Shown: piece by piece, positions 30,045 to 42,215 of the stretch | How the letters are laid out: each line of letters opens with the position of its first letter | Numbering within the stretch: the first letter of the stretch is position 1 | Assembly (NCBI GenBank): GCA_965207665.1 | Contig: CBDBMV010000002.1 | Location: 3,527,335-3,591,334, forward strand | Reading direction: 5' to 3' | Length of the DNA: 64,000 nt | Origin: Vicinamibacterales bacterium | GTDB taxonomy: Bacteria > Acidobacteriota > Vicinamibacteria > Vicinamibacterales > UBA8438 | Position numbers and translations under genes: made by a program | Notes under the pieces: generated by a model | Database searches by the model: none | What the model saw: the letters and a program-made list of their open reading frames with translations, nothing else | What the model was told of the DNA's origin: nothing

Positions 30045-31250
30045 TCACGGCTCGACGACCGCGATCCCCTCGATCTCCAGCAGCGCGCCGTCCGCGAACA
30101 GCGACTGGATGCCGAGCAGCGTCGCCGCCGGCGCAGGCTCGTCCGGGAAGCCGTTCGCCTGGCGCGCCGCGTCGATAACGGCGAAGTCGCCCCGCGCGTA
30201 CTCCGGCATGTAGATGACCACCTTCAGCAGGTCCCCGGGGCCGGCCCCGGCCGCCTCGAGGCGCCGCAGCAGGCTCGCGTACACCTGGTCGGCCTGGTCC
30301 TCCAGCGAATCGCCCGGCCGTCCCACCTGCCCCGACACCTGCACAACCTTGGGGCCCGTGCCGCGCGCCGTCACCGCCTGCGTGAAGCCGGCGGCCGGAT
30401 CGATGAACTCGCGCTCCACGGCGTTGCCCTCCACGCCCACCACCGCGATGCCGTCGATCTCGATGAGGAACTGCTCCGCGGCCAGCGCCGGGATGCCCAG
30501 GAGTGTGCTCGCCGGCATGTCGTCGAGGGCCAGCGCCTGCTCGCGGCCCGCGCGGTACGCCGCCAGGTCCGTCTCCGGGTCGAAGTCGACGATGTAGGTG
30601 GTGGCCTTCACCAGGTCCGCAAGCGACGCGCCCGCCGCGTCCAGGCGCTGGGCCACGCGCTCCCACACCGCCGCCGTCTGCTCCGCAAGCGAGTCGCCGG
30701 TTGCTATCTGCCCGGCGACGTAGACCGTCTTCACGCCGTGCGCCGTCACCGCCACCGCGCCGCTGAAGCCGTTGGACGGCGCGAAGCGCTCGATCTCCAG
30801 GTCGACACCCGGCTCGGCGACGACCGCGATCGCCTCGACCTCGACGCGCAGCGACTCGGCGGCCAGCGCCCGCACGCCGATCATCGTGCTGGCCGGCCAC
30901 TGGTCTTCCTCGGGAAAGGTCGCCAGCCGGACCTCCGCTACGGTCTGGTACTGCGCCGGCTCGAAGTCCTTGACGAAGATGCGGATCTGGACGACGTCGG
31001 AGCGCGTGGCGCCCGCCTGCTCCAGGCGCTGCACGACCCCCGCGAACGCCGCTTCGGCATGCTCGCGCAGCGTGTCTCCCCGGCCCACCTGTCCGGAGAC
31101 GAAGATGGTCTTCACGCCGTCGTTGGTCGTGGTGACCACCTGCGTGAAGCCGGGGCCAGGATCGATGTACTCGACCTGCGCCGCCGCGTTGACGGATATC
31201 GCCCACGCCAACACGCTGACGAGAATGGTGAACCGCATTCTGCGTGCCAT
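30045..31250 (-). CDS. Secreted protein with three tandem Rid (YjgF/YER057c/UK114) domains
   Basis: Signal peptide, then three repeats each with VSGQ/VAGQ, L..AGA...DLVK, PA(S/A)T..G, (V/I)E(V/I)(E/D); start moved to ATG 31250. Confidence 0.85.
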   Translation of the reverse strand: MARRMRFTILVSVLAWAISVNAAAQVEYIDPGPGFTQVVTTTNDGVKTIFVSGQVGRGDTLREHAEAAFAGVVQRLEQAGATRSDVVQIRIFVKDFEPAQYQTVAEVRLATFPEEDQWPASTMIGVRALAAESLRVEVEAIAVVAEPGVDLEIERFAPSNGFSGAVAVTAHGVKTVYVAGQIATGDSLAEQTAAVWERVAQRLDAAGASLADLVKATTYIVDFDPETDLAAYRAGREQALALDDMPASTLLGIPALAAEQFLIEIDGIAVVGVEGNAVEREFIDPAAGFTQAVTARGTGPKVVQVSGQVGRPGDSLEDQADQVYASLLRRLEAAGAGPGDLLKVVIYMPEYARGDFAVIDAARQANGFPDEPAPAATLLGIQSLFADGALLEIEGIAVVEP

Positions 31251-31440
31251 GGAATCACCTCCATTGGCTGGTGAAGTCATCCGGTCGCAGCACAGTGTAA
31301 CCGCGTCCGGCACATGTGCGACCCTGCCGGTAGTCATGGTGATGCCATCACTGCGCGATAAGGTGCCCATTTGTCTCCGGCGTCGTCTCACGATAGACTT
31401 GCCACTGGATTTCTGACAGTTTGAGTTGGAGATACGAAAC

Positions 31441-32037
31441 ATGCGCGGCCTTTCACAGCGCATCATGGAACATGCCGAGGCCCATCCGGAGGCGACGCCG
31501 CTGTGTCCGGCCGCCCTGCTGCACCTCGGAAACCGTGCGGCGGTCGACCAGGCGTTGTCGCGCCTCGCACGCTCGGGCCGCCTCATGCGCATCTGCCAGG
31601 GCGTCTACATGCGCCCGATCGAGACCCGCTTCGGGATTCGGGCGCCCAGGGTCGCCAAGGCGACCGCCGCGCTGTCGCAACTGTGGAGCGAAACGATTGT
31701 GCCCTGCGGCGGCGCCGCGGCCAACTGGTTAGGTCTGACCACGCAGAATCCGGTACGCATGGTCTACCTGACTTCCGGTCCCAGCCGCCGGCTGCATTTC
31801 GGCAGGTCCGTCGTCGAGCTGCGTCACGCGCCACGCTGGCAACTGGTGGCGCCGTACCGAAAGGCGGGCGAGGTCATCCGCGCCCTTTCCTGGCTCGGTC
31901 CCGAAGAGATCGAGGACGGCCTCGACGCGGTCCTGCCGACGCTCTCCGAGGCGGATCGGGAGGAGCTTGCGGCTGCACGCGCGGTCATGCCCACCTGGAT
32001 GGCGGAACCGCTGAGCGCACGCCTTGCCCATGGCTGA
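31441..32037 (+). CDS. AbiEi-like type IV antitoxin / wHTH regulator (DUF6088-like)
   Basis: AVDQALSRL...RICQGVY, LGLTTQNP, YLTSG; overlaps the AbiEii gene. Confidence 0.85.
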   Translation: MRGLSQRIMEHAEAHPEATPLCPAALLHLGNRAAVDQALSRLARSGRLMRICQGVYMRPIETRFGIRAPRVAKATAALSQLWSETIVPCGGAAANWLGLTTQNPVRMVYLTSGPSRRLHFGRSVVELRHAPRWQLVAPYRKAGEVIRALSWLGPEEIEDGLDAVLPTLSEADREELAAARAVMPTWMAEPLSARLAHG

Positions 32038-33061
32038 GACGCATTTCCAGAACCTCTCGCCCGACGATAGGCGCGACGCTCTGGATAAGGCCGAGCGCAG
32101 CGGCAGCCACAAGGCGCATCTCCTGGAGAAGGACATCTGGGTCGTCGCCACCCTCGGGGTGCTGTTCGAGGCACCGTTCGCCGAACACCTCACCTTCAAG
32201 GGCGGCACGTCGCTGTCGAAGGTGTGGCGGGCGATCCTTCGGTTCTCCGAAGACGTCGACATCACCTACGATATCCGAGCGTTCGCGCCAGACCTGGTTT
32301 CCGGCGCCGGCGACGAAGCGCTTCCGCCCACGCGCAGCCAGGAAAAGCGGTGGACCCGAGCCATCCGCGCCCGTCTCGCCGAATGGGTCCGGGACCGGGC
32401 CTGTCCGGTTGTCGAAGACGGGCTATCCGGCTCCGGATTCGTAGCACGGGTCCGCGCGGAAGCGGAGCGTCTCTACGTCGCGTACGAACCGCTGTTCGAG
32501 GCAAGCGGTTTCGTTCGCCCGGAAGTCATGGTCGAATTCGGCGCCCGATCGACCGGCGAACCACACGCGAACCGGCCCGTCGTGTGCGATGCGGCGGCCT
32601 GTCTTCCGGATCTCGCGTTCCCCGAAGCGCACCCCACCGCCATGCTGGCAGAGCGAACGTTCTGGGAAAAGGCGACCGCCATCCATGTCTTCTGCCGCCA
32701 GGAGCGCCGCCGCCACGCACGCTTGTCGCGGCACTGGCACGATCTCGCGCGCCTCGACGAAGCCGGCATTGCGGCGAACGCTCTCGCCGATCGCGCGCTC
32801 GCCCTTTCCGTCGCCCGCCACAAGGCCATGTTCTTCACCGAGAACAACGCCCGCGGCGAACGGATCGACTATGCGGCAGCGGTCTCCGGCGACCTGCAAC
32901 TCGTCCCCTCCGGCGCCGCGTATGGGGTGCTCGCCGACGACTACGCGAAAATGCTGGCGGACGGCATGCTGCTCGACGAGAGCGAGCCATTCGACGCGCT
33001 ACTGGAGCGGTGCGCCGCAATCGAGGCACGCGCCAACGCGGTCCGGCCGAGAGACCACTGA
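32030..33061 (+). CDS. AbiEii/AbiGii-family nucleotidyltransferase toxin
   Basis: EKDIWV, FKGGTSLSK, RFSEDVD, ERTFWEK, RHWHDL. Confidence 0.92.
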   Translation: MAETHFQNLSPDDRRDALDKAERSGSHKAHLLEKDIWVVATLGVLFEAPFAEHLTFKGGTSLSKVWRAILRFSEDVDITYDIRAFAPDLVSGAGDEALPPTRSQEKRWTRAIRARLAEWVRDRACPVVEDGLSGSGFVARVRAEAERLYVAYEPLFEASGFVRPEVMVEFGARSTGEPHANRPVVCDAAACLPDLAFPEAHPTAMLAERTFWEKATAIHVFCRQERRRHARLSRHWHDLARLDEAGIAANALADRALALSVARHKAMFFTENNARGERIDYAAAVSGDLQLVPSGAAYGVLADDYAKMLADGMLLDESEPFDALLERCAAIEARANAVRPRDH

Positions 33062-33144
33062 TGGACGTATTCGCCGACTTGCGAGGCGATTCCGGATAGC
33101 GGCGCCAAAGGAGGCCGGGACACGGGGTTCAGTATGGCCGGCTC

Positions 33145-35238
<2,094 letters not shown>

Positions 35239-35252
35239 TCAACACGGGGCCG

Positions 35253-36107
35253 TCAGGGCCGGTCCAGAGCCTGAAACCCCCAGGTGACGCCCGCGGTCAC
35301 GCCGAGATCGGCATCGCGCGACGTCACCCCCGCCAGCAGCGCGGCGTCGAACCGGAAGGTCCCCCGGGTGAGCCGTCCGCCGGCGCGGAACTGACCGGCG
35401 CTGTCGGTCCCGGGCGGCGCGGCGGCGCGGCGCGTATTGGCCCGGCCGGCCCATTCGCCGACCACCTCCACCCCGTTGCCGATCGGGACCACGGCCGACA
35501 TCCCGTAGGTCAGCACATCGTTCTGGCGATCTCCGCGCGTGGGATCACTCAGGATGCCCAGCCCGACGTTGCCGGCAACGCGGACCGACCGGATCGTCTT
35601 GCCGAGCAGCAGCGACTGGTAGAAGTCGACCGTGTCGAGGCCGAGACCTTCCTCGTTGCTCGCGTTGGGCAGCTTGGTGGCGAACCGCAGGCCGATCGCC
35701 GGCAGCCACGCCCGCTCCTCCACCAACCTTGTCTTGGCGCCGATCGAGACGTCGGACCAGCTTCCCGTCGTGTCGCCCGACAACCTGAGCATATGGGACA
35801 ACGGCGCCGGCTCCCGCCCGGTGATGCCGAGACGGTCGAACGACACGTTGTCTATCTGCACTTCCGCCCGGTCGCCGACGCCGATGCTGATGCCCAGCGT
35901 GGGCACGCTCCAGAAGCGCCCGGTCAGTCCGGAAACGGGAAACGGCTGGTCGCGGAGCACGGTGAGGCCGGCCTCGAGCAGGACGAAGCCGTTGTCGACG
36001 GTCGACGGATCCTCGGTGACGAGCGGGCGCTGCTGCGCGGCGCCGGGATCGGCGGCAAGCACAAGGCAAGCGCCAAGCGCGGCGGAGAGCAACGGACTGC
36101 GCGGCAT
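35253..36107 (-). CDS. Putative outer-membrane beta-barrel protein, paralog 1
   Basis: Signal peptide; QQRPLVTEDP; amphipathic strands; clear paralog at 43046-43897. Confidence 0.75.
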   Translation of the reverse strand: MPRSPLLSAALGACLVLAADPGAAQQRPLVTEDPSTVDNGFVLLEAGLTVLRDQPFPVSGLTGRFWSVPTLGISIGVGDRAEVQIDNVSFDRLGITGREPAPLSHMLRLSGDTTGSWSDVSIGAKTRLVEERAWLPAIGLRFATKLPNASNEEGLGLDTVDFYQSLLLGKTIRSVRVAGNVGLGILSDPTRGDRQNDVLTYGMSAVVPIGNGVEVVGEWAGRANTRRAAAPPGTDSAGQFRAGGRLTRGTFRFDAALLAGVTSRDADLGVTAGVTWGFQALDRP

Positions 36108-36156
36108 GCGCCAATTGTACCCGCCGGCGGATTGCCGGCGCATGGCGGCGGGGGCT

Positions 36157-37260
36157 TCAGCGATCGCGGGCGAGCACGTAGTCGGGCAGCGCGGCCAGGG
36201 CCGTGCGCTCGGGTGACGGCGGGAACACGTCCAGGCACTGCTTGGCGGCCGTCACATACTCCTCCGCCGCGTCGTAGGCGTACTGGATGGCGCGCCGCTC
36301 GCGCAGCAGCCCGACCAGCTCGCTCCACTCCTCGGCCCCGATATCCCCGGTCTCCACCACCGACCGGATGATGTCACGCGCCCGGCTCTCCGGACCGTCC
36401 AGGCGCAGGAGATGAATGGCCGCCAGCGTCACCTTCCCCTCGCGCAGGTCGCCGCCCACGGGCTTGCCGAGCGCCGCGCGGTCCGCGGTGAAATCGAGCA
36501 GGTCATCGACGAGCTGGAACGCGACGCCGAGGTTGAAGCCGTAGCGCCGCAGCGCAAGCCGCCGCTCTTCGTCGACGTGGCCCAGCAGGCCCCCGATCTC
36601 CGCTGCGCCGCTGAACAGGTAGGCCGTCTTGCGGCGAATGATCTCGAAATATTCTTCCTCGGCGATGTCGGCCGCGCCCACCTTGGTCAACTGGTAGATC
36701 TCGCCCTCGATCATCCGCCGCGTGACGTCGCACAGCAGCCGCACGATGGCGATGGCGTCGTCGTAGGTGAGCGCCACCTCCATCGCGCGGATGTACAGGT
36801 AGTCGCCCAGCAGCACCGTCATGTTGTTGCCCCAGCGCGAATGCATCGCGAGGCGGCCGCGCCGGAGCTCCGAGTCGTCGATGACGTCGTCATGGACGAG
36901 CGTGGCGGTGTGGATGAACTCCACCGCGGAGGCGAAGACCACCGGGCGCTCGCCGCGGTAGCCGCACATGCGGGCGGCCATCAGCAGCACCGCCGGCCGC
37001 ACCCGCTTGCCGCCGCTCGCCTGGATGTAGCGCGCCATCCGTGGAATCACTTCGTCCACGGCATGCCGCTGCACCTCCGCCGCCCTGCCGTCAGCGGGCT
37101 CCACGCCGGTCTGGATGTGGGTGGTGTAGGCGTCCTCGACCGCCTCGAGCTCGGCCCGGATCGGCTCGAAGAGTTGCGTGAGCTCGGCCAGTGCAGGGGA
37201 TTCGAGTTGTGATGGCACGGGGCGGTTTGAATCAGACCACACTCGCCGAACGGGTGTCAA
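36157..37260 (-). CDS. Polyprenyl diphosphate synthase
   Basis: GGKRVRP, LVHDDVID...RRG, FQLVDDLLD, GKPVGGDLREGK; start uncertain. Confidence 0.93.
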   Translation of the reverse strand: MTPVRRVWSDSNRPVPSQLESPALAELTQLFEPIRAELEAVEDAYTTHIQTGVEPADGRAAEVQRHAVDEVIPRMARYIQASGGKRVRPAVLLMAARMCGYRGERPVVFASAVEFIHTATLVHDDVIDDSELRRGRLAMHSRWGNNMTVLLGDYLYIRAMEVALTYDDAIAIVRLLCDVTRRMIEGEIYQLTKVGAADIAEEEYFEIIRRKTAYLFSGAAEIGGLLGHVDEERRLALRRYGFNLGVAFQLVDDLLDFTADRAALGKPVGGDLREGKVTLAAIHLLRLDGPESRARDIIRSVVETGDIGAEEWSELVGLLRERRAIQYAYDAAEEYVTAAKQCLDVFPPSPERTALAALPDYVLARDR

Positions 37261-37290
37261 CGCGGCGGTTGAGCGGCGGCGTGCAGCGCA

Positions 37291-38076
37291 TCAGACCTCA
37301 CTCCTGAATAGCGCGGCGAAGGCAGCGGAGCTCTCCGCGGCCACCTCCGTGGGCGGCTGCCCGCGGACCGCCGCCAGCACGTCGACGACGTGAGCCACCC
37401 AGGCCGGCTCGTTGCGCCGGCCGCGGTGCGGGACCGGCGCGAGATACGGAGCGTCGGTCTCGACCAGCAGCCGATCGGCCGGGACGATGGCCGCCGCCGC
37501 CCGGATGTCGTCCGCCCGCCTGAACGTGGCGATGCCGGAGAACGACACGTGAAAACCGATGTCGAGCGCCCGGCCGGCCGCCGCGGCGTCGCCGGTGAAA
37601 CAATGGAACACGCCGGTCACCTCTCCCTCACCCTCGGCGCGGATGGCGGCGAACGTGTCGTCGTCAGCTTCCCGCGTGTGGATGACAATCGGCCGGCCGA
37701 TCTCGCGCGCCAACGCGATCTGGCGGCGGAACACCTCGATCTGCACCTTGCGCGGCGCGAAGTCGTAGTGGTAGTCCAGCCCGATCTCGCCGACGGCGCA
37801 GACGCCCGGGCGGGCAGCGAGCACCTGACGGACCGCTTCCACCGCCGCGTCGGGGTCGCCGGCGAACGGCGCGGCCTGGTGCGGATGGACCCCCGCCGCG
37901 AAGACGGCCGCGGGCCACGAGGCAGCGACCCGATCGGCGCGCTGCGCCTCTTCGTCGCTGGTGACGTCGAGGATGCACAACGCCCGCTCCACACCCGCTG
38001 CGCGCGCACGCCCGACAACCGCGTCCAGGTCTTCAGCGAAGGTGGCGTCGGCGAGATGGCAGTGTGAATCGATCAT
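37291..38076 (-). CDS. TatD-family metal-dependent DNase
   Basis: MIDSHCHL, GVHPH, GEIGLDY, IHTRE, VETDAPY; real start at ATG 38076. Confidence 0.93.
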   Translation of the reverse strand: MIDSHCHLADATFAEDLDAVVGRARAAGVERALCILDVTSDEEAQRADRVAASWPAAVFAAGVHPHQAAPFAGDPDAAVEAVRQVLAARPGVCAVGEIGLDYHYDFAPRKVQIEVFRRQIALAREIGRPIVIHTREADDDTFAAIRAEGEGEVTGVFHCFTGDAAAAGRALDIGFHVSFSGIATFRRADDIRAAAAIVPADRLLVETDAPYLAPVPHRGRRNEPAWVAHVVDVLAAVRGQPPTEVAAESSAAFAALFRSEV

Positions 38077-38080
38077 CAGA

Positions 38081-38125
38081 CGGGGCTTCGCCCCGAACCC
38101 CCGGCGTCCGTTTGCGGGGACCCCA
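38081..38125 (+). repeat. Degenerate third copy of the REP-like element
   Basis: cggggcttcgccccgaacccccggc...gcggggacccc matches the head of 13200-13285. Confidence 0.7.
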
Positions 38126-38147
38126 CAGCCTTGTGCGGTGCAGACTC

Positions 38148-40124
38148 CTACGAGATCTGCGAGCCGGGGGGTACCTGGTCCGGCAGATCCACGGTCAGGA
38201 GCACCGGCGTGCCGTCCGCGGCGGCGGCGGCCAGCACCATGCCGTTCGACTCGAGGCCAGCGAGCTTCGCCGGCTTGAGATTCGCGATGAACACCACCCG
38301 GCGGCCGACGAGCGTCTCCGGCGGATGCGATTTCAGGAGACCGGCAATGATCTGCCGCACGCCGGCGCCGTCCTCCACTTCGAGCCGCAACAGCTTGCGC
38401 GACTTCGGCACCGCCTCCGCGGCTACCACGCGGCCGACGCGCAACTCGATCTTCGCGAACTCGTCGATGGAAATCCGGGGACCCTCCGTCTCCACCGGCG
38501 GGTCCCCGGATGTATCCGCTGCGTTCATTCCTGACTGCTCCTTTCCGGCCGGCGGCGCGGCCGCAACGGGCTGCGCGACGGCGGCGGACGCCGGCGCCTT
38601 GCCGGGCTCGAGCCGCGGCCAGAGGGGCGGCGCCTTTACCAGCCTCCGCTCGGTGCCCGGCGGCGCCTGCCAGACGCCGTCGCGGTCGAGGCGCAGCCCG
38701 CCGGACGCGGCCGGCGCGCCGATGCGTTCCAGCACCTCCGCGCACGAACGCGGCATCACCGGCGCGAGCAGCACGGCGGCCATGCGCACCGCCTCGCTCA
38801 CGTCGAAAAGCTGGCGGTCGAGCTCCGCCGCGCGCCCGGGATCCCTGGCCACCACCCACGGCTCCACGCTGGCGATGTACTCGTTGGCCGCGTCCACGAT
38901 GCGGAACGCCGCCGCCACGCCCTGGTGCAGGGCGAAGCGGTCCATCGCCTGACGGTAGTCCGCGACCGCGCGCGCCGCGGTCTCGGCGAGCGGGCCGGCC
39001 GGCAGCGCGGGCGCCACCAGCCGCCCCTGCCGGTAGCGGTCGGCCATCGCCGCGATCCGCGAGACCAGGTTGCCGAAGTTGTTCGCCAGATCGACGTTGT
39101 AGCGGTCCTCGAAGCGGTCCCAGGTGAAGTCGCCGTCCTGCCCGAACGCTATCTCCTTGGCCAGGTACAACCGGAGCGGATCGGGTCCGAGGCGCTCCGC
39201 CGCTTCCAGCGGGTCCACCACCGTGCCGAGCGACTTGCTCATCTTCTGGCCCTGCCAGTGCACCCATCCATGCCCGAACACCTGCCGCGGCAGCGGGACG
39301 CCGGCGCTCATCAGCATGGCGGGCCAGACGACGCAGTGGAACCGGGTGATGTCCTTGCCGATGACGTGCAGGTCCGCGGGCCACCAGGTCTCGAACAACG
39401 CCTCGTCGGTCCCGTACCCCACGCCCGACGCGTAGTTGATGAGCGCGTCCATCCACACGTAGACGACGCTGTCCGGATCCGACGGGACCGGGATGCCCCA
39501 CGCCTGGCCGGTGCGGCTCATGGAGATGTCCTCGAGGCCGGCCTCGAGCAGCCGCAGGATCTCGTTGCGGCGGATCTCCGGCTCCAGCGCTTCCGGGTGC
39601 GCCGCGTAGTGGTCCAGCAGCCGCTGCCGGTAGCTCGACAGGCGGAAGAAGTGGTTCTTCTCCCGGATCCACTGCGGCGGCCGCTGGTGCACCGGACAGG
39701 CGCCATCCACGAGGTCCTTCTCCTGCTTGAACGCCTCGCACGAGACGCAGTACCACCCCTCGTAGAATCCCTCGTAAACGTCGCCCGACTCGATGAGGCG
39801 CGACACCAGCGCCGTGACCCCCGCGCGGTGGCGCGGCTCCGTCGTGCGGATGAAGTCGTCGAACGAGACGTCGAGACGGCCCCAGACCTCCCGGAACACC
39901 ATCTCCATCTCGTCGCAGAACGCCAGCGGCTCGACACCCAGCTCGCGCGCTTTGGCGTAGACGTTCTGCGAGTGCTCGTCGTTGCCCATCAGAAAGCGGG
40001 TCTCGACGCCGCACAGCCGCTTGTAGCGCGCAATGACGTCGGCCGCGATCTTCTCGTAGGCCGTGCCCAGATGCGGGCGGCTGTTGACGTAGTCGATTGC
40101 CGTCGTCAGGTAGAACTTCGCCAT
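38148..40124 (-). CDS. metG: Methionine--tRNA ligase with C-terminal tRNA-binding domain
   Basis: FYLTTAIDYVNSRPHLG, GKDITRFH, KMSKS, C-terminal OB-fold. Confidence 0.97.
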   Translation of the reverse strand: MAKFYLTTAIDYVNSRPHLGTAYEKIAADVIARYKRLCGVETRFLMGNDEHSQNVYAKARELGVEPLAFCDEMEMVFREVWGRLDVSFDDFIRTTEPRHRAGVTALVSRLIESGDVYEGFYEGWYCVSCEAFKQEKDLVDGACPVHQRPPQWIREKNHFFRLSSYRQRLLDHYAAHPEALEPEIRRNEILRLLEAGLEDISMSRTGQAWGIPVPSDPDSVVYVWMDALINYASGVGYGTDEALFETWWPADLHVIGKDITRFHCVVWPAMLMSAGVPLPRQVFGHGWVHWQGQKMSKSLGTVVDPLEAAERLGPDPLRLYLAKEIAFGQDGDFTWDRFEDRYNVDLANNFGNLVSRIAAMADRYRQGRLVAPALPAGPLAETAARAVADYRQAMDRFALHQGVAAAFRIVDAANEYIASVEPWVVARDPGRAAELDRQLFDVSEAVRMAAVLLAPVMPRSCAEVLERIGAPAASGGLRLDRDGVWQAPPGTERRLVKAPPLWPRLEPGKAPASAAVAQPVAAAPPAGKEQSGMNAADTSGDPPVETEGPRISIDEFAKIELRVGRVVAAEAVPKSRKLLRLEVEDGAGVRQIIAGLLKSHPPETLVGRRVVFIANLKPAKLAGLESNGMVLAAAAADGTPVLLTVDLPDQVPPGSQIS

Positions 40125-40128
40125 TGAG

Positions 40129-41367
40129 CTACTTGTTTGCATCCAGCCAGGCCCGCACGGCGAGCGCCTGCGCCGCCTTCACCGGCAGGCCCTGCTCGGC
40201 CGCCAGCCGCGCGCAGTCCTCGAACTCCGGCGCGGCGTTCACGACGACGCCGTCGCGCCGGGCCACCTTGATGCGCACCGGCCCGATCGGGCTCTCGACG
40301 GTCACCACCTCCCGGTCGAGCCGTTCGCGGGCCGTCTCGGTGACCCGCACGCCGATCGTGGTCGACTCGGCGAACAACAGCCCGGCCAGCGCTTCGCGCT
40401 GCTCCGGCGGGGCGACCACCGTCACCAGCGTTCCCGGCCGGTTCTTCTTCATCTGGATCGGGGCATAGAAAACGTCGAACGCGCCAGCCTCGGTCAGCCG
40501 CTCCATGAGGACGCCGTACAATTGCGGGTTCATGTCGTCTATCTCGCATTCGAGCACGACGACCCGCTCCGCGGCGCCGGCTTCCTCCCGCGCCTCATCC
40601 GCCTCGCCGACCAGCGCGCGCAGCACGTTGGGGCGCGCCGGCAGGTCCCGGTCGCCGGCGCCGTAGCCGATCTGCTCGACCCGCATCGGCGGCAGCGGGC
40701 CGTAGCCGTCGGCGTACGCCGTCACCAGCAGCGCGCCGGTCGGCGTCACCAGCTCCACCGGCGGCCCCTGCGCGTAGACGGGCGCGCCGGCAAGCAGCTC
40801 GACGGTGGCCGGCGCCGGCACCGGCAGCTCGCCGTGCTCGCAGGTGACGGTGCCCGAGCCGACGTTGAGCGGTGACGCGACGACGCGCCCGGGCGCCAGC
40901 CACTCCATCGCCGCCACCGCCAGGGTGATGTCGACGATCGAGTCGATCGCCCCCACCTCGTGCAGGTGCACCTCCTCCACGGGCACGCCGTGAATGCCCG
41001 CCTCCACCTCGGCAAGGCGCCGGAACAGCCCCGCCGCGCGTGTCCGGGCCGCCGCCGGCAGCGCCGCCCGCTCGACGATGGCGGTTATCTCGGACAGACC
41101 GCGGTGGTGATGGCCGTGGTGGTGGTGGTCGTGCTTGTGGCCCTCGTGATCGTGGTGATGATCGTGACCGCCTTCCGCCACGCGAAACTTGGTCGCGCCG
41201 ATGCCGGTGCGGTCCACGCGCTCGCGCGCGATCGACACCCCGTCGAGGCCGAGCGATGCAACCACGCGCTCCAGCTCGTCGAACGGCGCGCCCGCGTCGA
41301 GCAGCGCTCCCAGCAGCATGTCGCCGGAAATGCCCGAGAAGCAGTCGAGGTACAGGATCTTCGCCAT
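40129..41367 (-). CDS. larC: Nickel insertion protein LarC
   Basis: DCFSGISGDM, His-rich tract, HLHEVGAIDSIVD, MKKNRPG, PEFEDC. Confidence 0.93.
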   Translation of the reverse strand: MAKILYLDCFSGISGDMLLGALLDAGAPFDELERVVASLGLDGVSIARERVDRTGIGATKFRVAEGGHDHHHDHEGHKHDHHHHGHHHRGLSEITAIVERAALPAAARTRAAGLFRRLAEVEAGIHGVPVEEVHLHEVGAIDSIVDITLAVAAMEWLAPGRVVASPLNVGSGTVTCEHGELPVPAPATVELLAGAPVYAQGPPVELVTPTGALLVTAYADGYGPLPPMRVEQIGYGAGDRDLPARPNVLRALVGEADEAREEAGAAERVVVLECEIDDMNPQLYGVLMERLTEAGAFDVFYAPIQMKKNRPGTLVTVVAPPEQREALAGLLFAESTTIGVRVTETARERLDREVVTVESPIGPVRIKVARRDGVVVNAAPEFEDCARLAAEQGLPVKAAQALAVRAWLDANK

Positions 41368-41377
41368 CGGGAAAGAC

Positions 41378-42046
41378 CTACAGGCGCCCGCTTTCCTTGA
41401 AGCTGAAATAGCGCACGTCCGCGAGCACGACGTGGTCGAGCACTTCGATTCCCATGATCGCTCCCGCGTGCACCATGCGCTCCGTCAACGCCACGTCATC
41501 CACGCTCGGCGTCGGGTCGCCGGACGGGTGGTTGTGGAACAGCACCACGGCCGCCGCGCCACCCGCGGTCGCCGCCCGAAACACCTCGCGCGGATGCACG
41601 AGGCTGGCGTCCAGCGTGCCGACCGACAGCACGGTGGCGCGCACCACGCGGTGCTTCGTGTCGAGCATCACGATGCCGAACTGCTCGACCGCACCCGCGC
41701 CGTAACGCGGAAGCAGGTACGCCGCCACGTCCCGCGGGCTCCGCAGCAGCGCCCGTTCCGCCGGCGACCGCGACAGCGTGCGCCGCCCCAATTCGACCGC
41801 GGCCAGGATCTGCGCCGCCTTCGCCGGGCCGACGCCCGGCACCCTTCTCAACTGCCCCTTTCCCAGGCGGGTCAGGCCGTGGAGCCCCCCGACCGCCCCG
41901 AGCACCCGGTTCGCGATGTCGAGCGCGTTCGCCCGGCGATACCCGTGGCCCAGAATGACTGCCAGCAGCTCGTTGTCGCCGAGGACGCTCGAACCGAGCA
42001 GGTCGAGTTTCTCGCGGGGGCGGTCGTGCGGCGCCAGCGCTTCCAT
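41378..42046 (-). CDS. radC: RadC/JAB-domain protein
   Basis: RPREKL, VHPREVF, HNHPSGDPTPS..D, LDHVV. Confidence 0.95.
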   Translation of the reverse strand: MEALAPHDRPREKLDLLGSSVLGDNELLAVILGHGYRRANALDIANRVLGAVGGLHGLTRLGKGQLRRVPGVGPAKAAQILAAVELGRRTLSRSPAERALLRSPRDVAAYLLPRYGAGAVEQFGIVMLDTKHRVVRATVLSVGTLDASLVHPREVFRAATAGGAAAVVLFHNHPSGDPTPSVDDVALTERMVHAGAIMGIEVLDHVVLADVRYFSFKESGRL

Positions 42047-42215
42047 GCACTGTGCACCTTCAAGTCGTGTGCCGCCGCGCCATCGTACTACAGCAGCCGC
42101 CCGGGCACCGAAATCCGGTGCGCGGCGGCGGGCTCACGCACGGAGTGCGCCGCCGTGCGGCAGCCACGATGACGCGCATACGCCGCCGGGTACGCGAAAG
42201 CTACATCATGCGGGA

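Noticed and set aside
37291-40014. 907-aa ORF suggesting a large TatD fusion
   Set aside because: Upstream part is an Arg/Gly-rich shadow frame of metG; TatD starts at 38076.
41100-41168. gtg/gtgatg triplet tract as a contingency repeat
   Set aside because: Encodes the normal His-rich nickel-binding segment of LarC.
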